Origin: a virus
Taxonomy: Duplodnaviria; Caudoviricetes
Reading direction: 5' to 3' (one strand)
DNA: 31,034 bases
Virus record (IMG/VR): IMGVR_UViG_3300030392_001007
Coordinates: 1 to 31,034 of that record
Both the position numbers and the translations under genes were made by a program. Each line of letters opens with the position of its first letter. Positions within the stretch are counted from its first letter, which is position 1. A model generated the notes under the pieces. The model saw nothing but the letters and a program-made list of their open reading frames with translations, did not search any database and was not told the DNA's origin. This document shows positions 8,101 through 16,022 of the stretch, piece after piece.

Positions 8101-11020
8101 AACTAAAAGAAAATTAACAAAAAATGAAAGACAACGTTTTAACAGAGCTAAGAAACGCCATAAAGAAGCTGGTTATGGATTAGATGCTGTTCCAAGAGAA
8201 GAGCATTTTATTACAAAAACTAAGGAACAAAGAGAAGCTTTGAAAGAATATAATCAGAAAATACATGATATTTCTCGATACAAACGGGATTTAGAAAGGT
8301 TATTAAAGAGTGATAAGTTTGGTGGAGAAGGAAAATTAAAATCAATTAAAGCTCTTTATAACAAGATGGTAAAATTTGAAAAAGCTTTTAGTACATTGAG
8401 AGAAATTGAAAATAAAATGTACGTTCCCCGTTACAGGTTAGGGGGATACGCTGTATACATTACCAAGAAAAATTATAATAAAAAGGGAGAACTTCTTAAA
8501 AAGGTTACACCTGTAATGCTACGTCCTGTGCCTACACTTAGAAAAAGAGCTATAGGTTTTGAAAAGAGAGCTTCGGTTCAGGAAAAAAGAAGAGCAGAAA
8601 AATTAGCCAAACAATTAAAAGAAGATTTTCCTGAAGAAGCGGGTTATGAAATAAACGTAACTCAAATGGATATTGATAAATTATTTCCTTCCACTGAATT
8701 AAACATCAGTAACCAACGTACTGTTCTACGTCAAGTGTTACCTAAAATTGACGCAGCTTTACTTTCGTTAGCTCATTTTAATTCAAATCCTAATCTTAAA
8801 GATAAACTCGAAAAATCAGGACCGAAAGGACGATCTGATATGATTGTAGATCTGTTAAGAGATATACATGATATGGCAGGTCAACGAGCATTTGAAAAAT
8901 TTACAACCAAAAGAATGCAGCCACCTGTTGTAGGTTATATAAACGAAGATAACAACAACGGTAGTTTTTTAACGACAGGCTTAGAACAATACGTTAACAG
9001 TTCTGCAAATATTAGTTCGAGTTTATGGCAACAAAGTGCGATCAGTAATTCTTTTGACGGATTACAAAAAGCAGGGCAAAGGGGTTTACATAAATACGCA
9101 TTAGAATCTTGGAATTATTTTAATACTTTTAAAGCACAGGATGAAGCGTTACGGGCTTACGCTTTTCATATGTATCTAGGACTGAATCTTTCTTCATCAG
9201 CTCTTAACCTTTTACAAATACCTCAGTCAACTTTTCCTATTTTTTCATCAGTATACGGAATAGCCCGAACAGTAGGATCTTTGGCAAAAGCAGTTACAGA
9301 TTCGATTCGATTGTTAGATGTCTTGGGAAAAGATGCAGCTTCTCTAGGAGATTACGGTTTTAACTTTAATAAAAAGAAACCGACTCGGTTTTCTCAAGGT
9401 GAATGGGATATGTTAAAAATATTGAACCATGCCGGAACCATTCAACCTATTCAGAATATGGATTTGGCGGGAGAATATTTCGGGGAAACAGGAGGACTTC
9501 AAAAATATGGTTATCCTCGTCGCATGTTGTTTGCAATGGCGTGGGCATTCGGAGTAACAGAAAATATTAACCGTGTAGCGACAGCTTTATCTTCGTACCG
9601 TATGACTCAGGCTAATTTAAAAGATGCAAAGATACGCAGACGTACTAAACATTTTGCTCGTCATACAAGATTTGCTCCTTTTTATAAAATTATAGAAGAT
9701 GGTCCACGACACGGAGCAGCAACACCAAGAAGCGGTCTTCTTTTAGTAGAAGAGGAAGAGAAACTTCCCTACTTCTTACGCGACATGACAAAGGATGAAC
9801 AGTTTGCTTTGTTAACCACTCAGATGATGGTTGAAAAAAGCCAGTTTGTTATGGGTAAACAAAACAGACCTGGTCTTTTTAGAAATCTTGCTGGTAATTC
9901 TACGATAGCCGGATTAGCCACACAGTTTCAAAGTTACCAGTTTCAAATGATGGAGAACTGGTCAGGAGCTTTTCAAAAAGCGTTAACAGGCCGTTTTGGT
10001 TTTGAAGAAAGAATACTGGACGAAGAAGGAAATGTTATACAGCCTTTCGGTACACCTAGTAAGTTATCGGGTGAAGAAAGACTCATGGCTCTTAAACAGG
10101 GTACACTTATGACAGCTGGACTTGTAGCTTTTGCAGGTAGTGTTGGTTTACCGTTTGCTGATGACGTCAATGAACTATTAAAAATAATGACCAGAAATCT
10201 TGGAGAAGGTGTAGAAGAAGATTATTTTAAAGAGGCACGAGATTATCTTAATGAAATTTTTGGATCTGATATAGCTGAATCTATAATGTACGGCCCGTTA
10301 ACCAGAGGACTTCTTAAACCTTTAGACTTAGATATAGATTTATCCAGACGAGGTGGATTAGGAAGTTTGATTCCGTTTATGAGAGCGTTAACAGGTACAC
10401 CTGCACCACAAGTGATGGTAGGACCAGCAGGAAGTAGAATAGCTGAATGGGCCAGAGAAGCACATAGAACGATGACCGATCCATCAGTTCCAATCCAGTT
10501 AAAAGTTTATTCACTGTTAAGTTTGGCTATTCCTGTTTCCATCTCAAAAATGGTAAATACTTTTTCACAAGTTCCGACAAAAGGTTTTACAACTAGAGGA
10601 GGAATGACAGTCGTTCCACCAGATGAAGTTGGATGGCAGCAGAGTGTAACTAACATGTTAGGTTTTACACCAGGTAAAGTCGCTCGTGAATGGGAAAAAC
10701 GAGGGGTAGCCCGTTACCATGAATATAGATCCAGACCTGGTAAAGAAAGATATACGAATGCTATTGCTCGTCTGATGACAAATTCTATAGAAAATAAAGA
10801 TCCAGATGCATGGAACAGGGCAATGGAATTAATAAGAGATATTATAAACCATGATACCCAACAAATATCAATAGGTGATTATTCAGCTATGTATTCAATT
10901 AACCTAGATACAATTATTGAAAGGGTAATGAAAAATCTTTATCCTCAAATGGCTCTTACTGCGGGTATACCTAGACGTGTAAGAGGACAGATTTTTAAAG
11001 AAACAACCGACATACAATAA
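2159..11020 (+). CDS. Giant (2953 aa) internal virion / DNA-ejection protein of polyvalent-protein type (PLxRFG-like C-terminal region, degenerate metallopeptidase-like segment)
   Basis: The N-terminus has hydrophobic G/A-rich segments (IAGIAGGAALGQAFLPIPVVGALVGGIFAGAATFFG) and EGPTEVFQQ. The central part has FTDPISRLIVL...GEEAFH. YVPRYRLG, AFHMYLGLNLSSSALNLLQ, ENINRVATALSSYR and NRPGLFR resemble PLxRFG-family polyvalent proteins. It is the last large gene before the lysis region. Confidence 0.65.
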   Translation: MQISIGELPQLGIITVPDNLGEQELEDYVRRTYGHLLTPISIPTKDIDPASIDIDASIDQSQTGLSSMISSPDRNIDTTGFVDKTTAIDDGTALGRGLSSGWSGFTTALGTTFKLGLPGLVEEATGLDTVNRQDVADRYDQISKDARANKATTTWANVSETFDKDGVGSGLDRLLTFTGEQLGRSLPYMGPTIAGIAGGAALGQAFLPIPVVGALVGGIFAGAATFFGMNLERQIETKYAETGEIPSDQELGYAAAAATSIPQAALDAVTIIALGPAARAIRFAAPSRREALRITANQLKNKTAKELSAARVSLGKTLAEQIPKGMALGIATEGPTEVFQQALERLQAGLPVDPEDAEAFNEYLESLVAGGLLGGLFGVGGGSYHGLTKQQRMQKAMKPFKERVDALKRNEVTQQEINQAILHGYEDKTSGNVYNGWKGLNLLYNEKARPTIKKLESATAEEVLAGERGRTGELEAATYDRVGSIPDRTKDEKVIIKDEEQEFDESINTELDRSSFVEETGKEFSKGLAEASASIENLRSAKQSAEKELVNLELPTNKKELAVTKEELLTDPQETPENVTKLAAIDNFENTSTALFETEKDYVTTLENEKHNEIANQQKVERETQLSEVEEVTPEIRDTLKTKNINTVNQLYPYSSVEIREDILPEHNLTKEQADRLVISAREKAGIMFKPFDSEKRRQDLAQENIKTAPIGKPLEDLSPLTARKDIKEDKFFIDTESREGRNVINKAKEKVNSERKKAEKEGIPRDKIDQVPAVQLAMKAHQNALKKYRGMITVPDEKIIDTEEVTTGDEKKVVTKGKPLDDLNKIEIEYTDKKGNPAKFSLQHYNEPKRAVQIEGLKKWLRERGVPEQEMSLERLKEEIELSLPRDINQKTGKWQDADYGAAPDSRGRYTKKFGKRRSNIYDVLNVVGKPYRFSIDASNKNKGIIPLIEEYNPNDYVSPRELADSISPTEATTEEEFTENLRKKLGHQEKIVDVQDTKGKVVSKVPISEIVQTKGVTEIRRKELEDGAANSVDPVTSTSMLNFLLDESGFMNPTREVKFGIFNGRPFIRFILNDATWRYTPLKRDRKTGEPQEWSEQEIAEGKDKYILGGTPVNLYEKDISSPTSRINFVKNNAPFFNVKKAYYMDEKGMFHLYPNISKMITTYNRAVFLEANERGVKFDSKPDTIPFDETLQEMSDRFQAEADRSPEGVEAFWNERRKVIRQGEVINEFEINEELRKAGYKEWSREAVETLNKNEKDVKEEVVLESVTAEQRSKDVKLRDIWIKAKENIKERTDAKANTERFTISEVNQLAEAKKKGLYETTITPEEIKDIEKRANINFQNEQIRKEAGKRRDKPIDTGREGLSLEEKKRALVEAEILTELEVDFTSITDRSVLTEEIKKINNLYKQFIEEEIVDPTEEIEGEPNPNEDIIDAAAAEKNLNPKDIGERIPLNMWERRNIVEWIADKTGGTVQTIFMSVEELRKLWAAKGGDKNLTDKVMAFTDPISRLIVLAENSQFDLPHSRMSALWLAGEEAFHMVDRLALTEEERSVLDEVLTPELAEANNIEVKQYAKNKQQLEIRAKVMAAYMAGANIKGLTSPARKVMYKIKNFVNRLFKYLRAGEWQLTPEQRTLKAMEDFKNGKLAERVGAAPNVEERTLIAGQGLEASITGEKLKKGAEEAFNDVKSTKELTNRGEVLSKWNKWITHLSGLAGRYPSFRVFYNAHQKEVELRNKFKNMSLENLKDFMDLTMASLPYGKRKREAQRILTEVERFVVIGDYLNLNINEVRALGYVIDLKSYPDLPFKDTLTNIKATNIYEEIDELSEAEVQEQLELRKEGRKVRGKKIGVKIADTDAYQLKQLGLTGQEEIKLSKDGIKAFESYVKTVQGAYSQAKRGFVKSLIDDGYIIFKDLALGERNVDLEMSWRGRPPINYLDLNESISDLFPRITEWLNQFVKKDEKGEAISFEKAIEEPSEPPLPTKRKLTKNERQRFNRAKKRHKEAGYGLDAVPREEHFITKTKEQREALKEYNQKIHDISRYKRDLERLLKSDKFGGEGKLKSIKALYNKMVKFEKAFSTLREIENKMYVPRYRLGGYAVYITKKNYNKKGELLKKVTPVMLRPVPTLRKRAIGFEKRASVQEKRRAEKLAKQLKEDFPEEAGYEINVTQMDIDKLFPSTELNISNQRTVLRQVLPKIDAALLSLAHFNSNPNLKDKLEKSGPKGRSDMIVDLLRDIHDMAGQRAFEKFTTKRMQPPVVGYINEDNNNGSFLTTGLEQYVNSSANISSSLWQQSAISNSFDGLQKAGQRGLHKYALESWNYFNTFKAQDEALRAYAFHMYLGLNLSSSALNLLQIPQSTFPIFSSVYGIARTVGSLAKAVTDSIRLLDVLGKDAASLGDYGFNFNKKKPTRFSQGEWDMLKILNHAGTIQPIQNMDLAGEYFGETGGLQKYGYPRRMLFAMAWAFGVTENINRVATALSSYRMTQANLKDAKIRRRTKHFARHTRFAPFYKIIEDGPRHGAATPRSGLLLVEEEEKLPYFLRDMTKDEQFALLTTQMMVEKSQFVMGKQNRPGLFRNLAGNSTIAGLATQFQSYQFQMMENWSGAFQKALTGRFGFEERILDEEGNVIQPFGTPSKLSGEERLMALKQGTLMTAGLVAFAGSVGLPFADDVNELLKIMTRNLGEGVEEDYFKEARDYLNEIFGSDIAESIMYGPLTRGLLKPLDLDIDLSRRGGLGSLIPFMRALTGTPAPQVMVGPAGSRIAEWAREAHRTMTDPSVPIQLKVYSLLSLAIPVSISKMVNTFSQVPTKGFTTRGGMTVVPPDEVGWQQSVTNMLGFTPGKVAREWEKRGVARYHEYRSRPGKERYTNAIARLMTNSIENKDPDAWNRAMELIRDIINHDTQQISIGDYSAMYSINLDTIIERVMKNLYPQMALTAGIPRRVRGQIFKETTDIQ

Positions 11021-11023
11021 TAC

Positions 11024-11061
11024 AGTGTCACATTGACACTTTCTTATTCGTAGTCTATATA
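11024..11061 (+). promoter_or_regulatory. sigma70-like promoter with a palindrome over the -35 box, upstream of the glycosyltransferase module
   Basis: TTGACA at 11033-11038, a 17-nt spacer, then TATATA at 11056-11061 (imperfect -10). A perfect inverted repeat AGTGTCA-cat-TGACACT spans 11024-11040. Confidence 0.5.
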
Positions 11062-11070
11062 AATTATATT

Positions 11071-11811
11071 ATGTATAACGTTTTTATAGGCTATGACTCC
11101 CGTGAAGGTGAAGCTTACGATGTCTGTAGTCATACCTTAAATCACCACGATAACGTAAATTGTTTTCCTCTTAACCATAGAACGTTAAGACAGGCAGGTT
11201 TGTTTACCCGTGAATGGTACGTCAGAGGTAACGGACAGTACATAGACGTTCAGGATGGTAAACCTTTTTCCACAGAATTTTCCCACTCCCGTTTTCTCAC
11301 ACCTGTTGTTGCTAAAAAAAGAGAGCTAAAAGGTTGGGTACTTTTTGTTGACTGTGACTTTATGTTTCGATGTTCTATCAAATCGTTATTCGACATGGTT
11401 CAAAACAAGTACGCTGTGATGTGCGTCAAGTTTGATTGGGACAATCCTGATGAAAGAATAAAAATGGACGGTGTAACTCAATCAGCTTACCCTCGAAAAC
11501 TATGGTCTTCTCTTACCCTATGGAATCTTGACCATAAAGCTAACGATGCTGTCACCGCTGATTATGTAAACAAAACTGACGGTGGAGAGCTTCACGCCTT
11601 TAGTTGGTTAACGGATAAACAAATTGGAGCGTTACCTCCTCAATGGAACTACGTTACAGGTGTAACAGATAAGAATGTTATTCCATCCGCTGTTCATTTT
11701 TCTAAAGGTGGACCGTGGTTGGTCGCTCATCAAAATACACCCTATGCAGAAGAATGGCGTAAGAATTTTGTCGAGACACGTTTAAGATATACGCCAAGGA
11801 TTTACGATTAA
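11071..11811 (+). CDS. Glycosyltransferase, GT-A fold (GT8 / CDI-like)
   Basis: Motifs VFIGYDSRE, STEFSHSRFL, DxD (FVDCDF), YPRKLWSS, LPPQWN and HFSKGGPW are characteristic of this family. Confidence 0.85.
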   Translation: MYNVFIGYDSREGEAYDVCSHTLNHHDNVNCFPLNHRTLRQAGLFTREWYVRGNGQYIDVQDGKPFSTEFSHSRFLTPVVAKKRELKGWVLFVDCDFMFRCSIKSLFDMVQNKYAVMCVKFDWDNPDERIKMDGVTQSAYPRKLWSSLTLWNLDHKANDAVTADYVNKTDGGELHAFSWLTDKQIGALPPQWNYVTGVTDKNVIPSAVHFSKGGPWLVAHQNTPYAEEWRKNFVETRLRYTPRIYD

Positions 11812-11813
11812 CG

Positions 11814-14093
11814 ATGAATAAAATACTGGTTGTTTCTTCTTTTCACACGTCAGCGTGGGAAGTCTACGGAAAAAACTTTGTTGATTCTTTTATCAAGAAC
11901 TGGGACAAAGAAGTTGATCTTGTTATTTATTATGATGGACCTAACGCTGATAAGTTTTTACCTAAAGATGATTCTGAAATTGAATACAGGAATCTGGACG
12001 ATAATAAAGATTTGAAATGGTTTAAAAAAACTTATCCAAATCGACACGGTAAGAACGAAAAAAAGGAATACAACTATCGGCTGGACGCTCTTAAATTTTC
12101 CCATAAAAGTTTTGCCATGTCCGAAGCAGTACGCATCGTTGTTGAAAACAATCTGGATTATGAATGGGTCATCTGGCTTGATGCAGACGTTATAACTCGC
12201 GTTCCGTTTCCTACTGAAAAACTTCTTGAGATGTTAGGAAACTGTGAAGTAGCGCATCTGGGACGTACGGCTATCGACTACAGTGAAACAGGTTTCATTG
12301 CGTTTAACGTAAAGAAGAACAATCACGCTACGGAACTGATCGTAGATCTGGAAGGATTGTACCTGAGTGGAGAACTGTTCGGGTATCGGGAATGGACAGA
12401 TGCTTTTGTTTTTACACGCCTTCTGAAACTCCACGAGGCACACGGTCTGGTAGTTAACGATCTGAGTTTAGGCTGTCCTGATCTGAATGCGTTTGAAGCT
12501 TCTCCTCTGGGAAGTTACCTTACCCATAAAAAGGGAAGTAAAAAATACGAGAACGAGGAAGCTGTTCCGACTACCGTGAAAACACGTTACGACGTTATTA
12601 ATAAATTAATTGCTGAATATAAGTGTAGCAATATTCTTGAAGTAGGAACATGGAATGGCGATAGGGCAATATCTATGGCACAAGCTGCGTTTGAAAATAG
12701 CGATGTGGTGCATTACACTGGATTTGATTTGTTTGAAGAGGCGAATAAAGAAACAGATCAAGAAGAATTCAACGTAAAAATTCATTTCTCTGAAAAAGAA
12801 GTAAAAGAAAAACTGAATGAGTACGCTACCGACATAAGAAAAGAAGGGAAGATATTTACCTATTGTATTATTAAAGGGAATTCCCGTTACAGTTTACGAC
12901 GGTTAAAGGATAACGATTTCTGCAACATTCAGAATATAAAACCTGACTTTGCTTTTATAAATGGTGGACATAGTATTGAAACTATTACTTCTGACTTTGA
13001 AAACTTAAAAAATAAAGCACCTATTATTGTATTTGACGATTACTATACAGCTGATCCTGTCGGGAATATACCTGACGTTGAGAAGTACGGTTCCAATAAA
13101 CTTTTTGACAATATAGATATTGACGGTTCTAAAAAGTTTCTGGTACAGACTAATGACCGTGTTAAAGACGGTGGCTTTAATAACTTGGGCGTTCTCCTTA
13201 TACGGCCTACTATGCCTCTTCCCAACTTTCCTGAAAGTGTAGGAGCCAACCAAGTGCCGATTCGGGTACGGCCTAAAGATTGCATGCCTGATGAACATAT
13301 TCATGCCAACATAGAAGCAAATGAAAAGAAATTGGATAAATGGATTACAAAAAAAGGAAGATTAAATAACGAGCATATCATTATTGCTTCGGGCGGTCCT
13401 TCCCTTTTAAAATATATTAAAGACTTAAAAAGTTATAAAAAGAAAACAGGAGCTAAAATTGTCTGTGTTAAACATTCTCTTCCTGTTCTTCTGGAAAACA
13501 ATATCGTTCCGTGGGCCTGTATGATTCTTGATCCACGTCCTGTTGACGGTACATCAACTCACGGCGTAGTGCGTTCTACATTATTTGATAACGTTCCCAA
13601 AGCAACTAAATTTTTTGTCGCTTCCATGACAGATGTATCTGTTTTGGATTTACTTATTAAAAAGAAAGCGGATATATATGGATGGCATGCCTATTCAGAT
13701 GCGATTAAAGAGTACGAGCCGTTAAAGAACAAGATGCTGGTTACAGGAGGAACGTGTGCAGCCATGAGAGCGTTAGGTTTGATGTTCACGCTAGGCTTTA
13801 GAAAGTTTAAGATGTACGGTTTTGATTCATCGTTTGATGAAGAACCAAAAGATAAAAAAGCTGTAGATGAAAACAACAGCAAAAAATATATTCATGTAGG
13901 ACTAGGAGCTACTACAGAAAAATTCTGGACAACAGGAGAACTTCTGGCGATGGCACAAGACTTCGAAGAACTTCTGGGAAGAGAAGATATAGATATTGAT
14001 CTGGATGTACAGTGTGGTGGTTTAATTCAGGCTATATGGAACGACAAAGTTCAGAAGAAACGTCCAACTTATAAAGAGATATTAAAACAATGA
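11814..14093 (+). CDS. Three-domain fusion: GT-A-like domain + class I SAM methyltransferase + Maf/MptE-like (DUF115) domain
   Basis: N-terminal KFSHKSFA, WLDAD, YSETGF, EWTDAFVF and HKKG. Middle ILEVGTWNG, GFDLF, FINGGHS and VFDDY. C-terminal IASGGPSL, ILDP and GGTCAAMRALGLMFTLGFRKFKMYGFDSS. Confidence 0.75.
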   Translation: MNKILVVSSFHTSAWEVYGKNFVDSFIKNWDKEVDLVIYYDGPNADKFLPKDDSEIEYRNLDDNKDLKWFKKTYPNRHGKNEKKEYNYRLDALKFSHKSFAMSEAVRIVVENNLDYEWVIWLDADVITRVPFPTEKLLEMLGNCEVAHLGRTAIDYSETGFIAFNVKKNNHATELIVDLEGLYLSGELFGYREWTDAFVFTRLLKLHEAHGLVVNDLSLGCPDLNAFEASPLGSYLTHKKGSKKYENEEAVPTTVKTRYDVINKLIAEYKCSNILEVGTWNGDRAISMAQAAFENSDVVHYTGFDLFEEANKETDQEEFNVKIHFSEKEVKEKLNEYATDIRKEGKIFTYCIIKGNSRYSLRRLKDNDFCNIQNIKPDFAFINGGHSIETITSDFENLKNKAPIIVFDDYYTADPVGNIPDVEKYGSNKLFDNIDIDGSKKFLVQTNDRVKDGGFNNLGVLLIRPTMPLPNFPESVGANQVPIRVRPKDCMPDEHIHANIEANEKKLDKWITKKGRLNNEHIIIASGGPSLLKYIKDLKSYKKKTGAKIVCVKHSLPVLLENNIVPWACMILDPRPVDGTSTHGVVRSTLFDNVPKATKFFVASMTDVSVLDLLIKKKADIYGWHAYSDAIKEYEPLKNKMLVTGGTCAAMRALGLMFTLGFRKFKMYGFDSSFDEEPKDKKAVDENNSKKYIHVGLGATTEKFWTTGELLAMAQDFEELLGREDIDIDLDVQCGGLIQAIWNDKVQKKRPTYKEILKQ

Positions 14094-14416
14094 CTGATGT
14101 TATTAAATTTCCAATTAAAAGTATAGTTCGTCCTGTTCAAAGTGACTTACCTGATGATGAACGTGAAAAAATAAGGACCATTGTTGTGGATGCGATGGAT
14201 GAAGTTAAAGGAGAAATTATAAATAACGAGGACATTAGTGGCGTTGTTATCCTAGCATTTGAAGATAAAGGAAAGATACCCAAAACATACAACTGGTTTG
14301 CTGGCGATCTAGGTTTATCTACTGTATACTTAACTTTGGATAAATTAAAAATGGAATTAATAGACGTCATAAGTGATATGCATGAAAAGAACGAAGACAA
14401 CGGAGAAGGAATGTAA
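14090..14416 (+). CDS. Hypothetical phage protein (108 aa)
   Basis: Its start overlaps the upstream stop as ATGA, and it ends with a GGAGAAGGA RBS for the next gene. No recognised motif. Confidence 0.7.
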   Translation: MTDVIKFPIKSIVRPVQSDLPDDEREKIRTIVVDAMDEVKGEIINNEDISGVVILAFEDKGKIPKTYNWFAGDLGLSTVYLTLDKLKMELIDVISDMHEKNEDNGEGM

Positions 14417-14421
14417 CACTC

Positions 14422-14832
14422 ATGGTTTTAGGAATAGCAGATTCAATTATAGGTGTAGCCGGAAAAGTTCTGGATAAGTTTGTAGAAGATAAAGATCTTA
14501 AAACAAAATTGGATTTCGAATTACGTAAAGCTTACACTGACGCTAACCTTGGGCAAATCGAAATAAATAAGGAAAGTGCGAAGCATCCTTCCATCTTTGT
14601 CGCCGGAGCTAGACCGAGCATCATGTGGATATGTGCTTTTGGATTGGCGTGGCAATTCGTATTCTTACCGTGTGCTACATGGTACATGACTGTCAGCGGT
14701 ACTCCTGTCACTCTTCCTGATATTCAAACTGAAGGATTAATGAGCTTGACGTTGGCTCTTTTAGGACTTGGTGGTATGCGTACTTTCGAGAAGAGAAACA
14801 ACACGCATCGTAACAACATGAAGCATCGTTAA
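14422..14832 (+). CDS. Holin (3TM / gene-transfer-release holin family)
   Basis: GKVLDKFVEDKD, EINKESA...SIFVAGARPSIMWIC, hydrophobic segments, LLGLGGMRTFEK and a basic C-terminus. Confidence 0.85.
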   Translation: MVLGIADSIIGVAGKVLDKFVEDKDLKTKLDFELRKAYTDANLGQIEINKESAKHPSIFVAGARPSIMWICAFGLAWQFVFLPCATWYMTVSGTPVTLPDIQTEGLMSLTLALLGLGGMRTFEKRNNTHRNNMKHR

Positions 14833-15884
14833 CCGAATTCTTTAACGTCCCAATCCACCATCTCTTGAGCTAGAGTATGAAGTGTATGTTTCGGTTTCCA
14901 TTGAAGATGGCTCATTGCTTTAATAGGAATGCCCAACAACATGTCAACTTCAGAAGGACGGAAGAATTCTTCAGACGTTTTTACAATAAGACGGCCTGTC
15001 TTGTTATCTTGTACACTAAAATCTTTTCCGAAACCGTTAAAGGATACGTCCCATTTCATCTTTTCCAAAACAAGTTGCAGGAAATTTCTTACTCTGGTTG
15101 TTAATCCTGTTGCTATAACAAAATCATCTGCCTTGTCCTGTTGAAGCATTAGCCACATGGCGTCAACGTAATCTTCAGCATGCCCCCAATCTCTTTCCGC
15201 TTCAACGTTGCCCAGTTTGAGAATATGTTTTTGCTGATCGTATTTCTTTTCTCTTAACAACCTGGAGATAACGGCCAGGTTCTTGGTTATTTTACGGGTA
15301 ACAAATTCTTCTCCACGTAACGGACTTTCATGGTTAAACAGAATGCCACATGAAATAAACATGTTGTAAGCTTCCCGATAATTTATACAAGTATGATGAG
15401 CAAATGCCTTGGCCGTCCCGTAAGGACTGCGTGGATAGAAACGTGTCATTTCTGTTTGAGGTGTCTCACGAACTTTACCAAACATTTCAGAACTGGATGC
15501 CTGATAAATTCTTGGTTCGTAAGAAACGTCGTTTAACATGACGTGACGTACAGCTTCCAGTAAATTCAGTGTACCTACAGCAATAACGTTTGTTGTATAG
15601 ATAGGTGTTTGAAAACTCGACTGTACAAAACTCATGGCTCCCAGATTATATATCTCGTCAGGCTTTATTTTTTCTACTGTCTTCCACAGACTTTCGTACT
15701 CTGTTAAATCTCCATCGTGAATAATAATATTTTTATCCATGTTTAATTTTTTAAGACGCCAAAAATTAGGTGCACTGCTGCGACGGACTAATCCATGCAC
15801 TTCATAGTTCAGTTTTTTAAAGAGCAGATGGGACAGATAAGCACCGTCTTGCCCTGTAATGCCCGTGATTAAAGCTTTTTTCAT
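14829..15884 (-). CDS. gmd: GDP-mannose 4,6-dehydratase
   Basis: MKKALITGITGQDGAYL, GLVRRSS, PDEIYNLGAMSFV, YQASSSEMFG, FYPRSPYGTAK, GILFNHESPLRGEEFVTRKIT and RDWGHAEDYV. The start is moved to the ATG at 15884 (MKKALITG), where family homology begins. Confidence 0.97.
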   Translation of the reverse strand: MKKALITGITGQDGAYLSHLLFKKLNYEVHGLVRRSSAPNFWRLKKLNMDKNIIIHDGDLTEYESLWKTVEKIKPDEIYNLGAMSFVQSSFQTPIYTTNVIAVGTLNLLEAVRHVMLNDVSYEPRIYQASSSEMFGKVRETPQTEMTRFYPRSPYGTAKAFAHHTCINYREAYNMFISCGILFNHESPLRGEEFVTRKITKNLAVISRLLREKKYDQQKHILKLGNVEAERDWGHAEDYVDAMWLMLQQDKADDFVIATGLTTRVRNFLQLVLEKMKWDVSFNGFGKDFSVQDNKTGRLIVKTSEEFFRPSEVDMLLGIPIKAMSHLQWKPKHTLHTLAQEMVDWDVKEFG

Positions 15885-16022
15885 GTTGTGACCCTTAAAT
15901 TTAGATAAATCGCTGAGAAAGGACGTAGAGAGCCGTACAGAAGAATTGATACGATTCTGGTAGGGTAGGTAGGAAAAGGTACGAGATGACACCTGGGTGA
16001 CGCTCTACGGCCCTGTTTTTTG

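Noticed and set aside
732-10170. Minus-strand ORFs of 63-113 aa within the first two large genes
   Set aside because: They are antisense shadows rich in S/F/L that mirror the K/E-rich sense codons, with no motifs.
15885-15992. 36-aa N-terminal extension of Gmd in the ORF track, and a possible 49-codon GTG-started ORF at about 15881-16030
   Set aside because: Gmd homology starts at MKKALITG. Neither upstream start has a convincing RBS, and the region looks more like a non-coding element.
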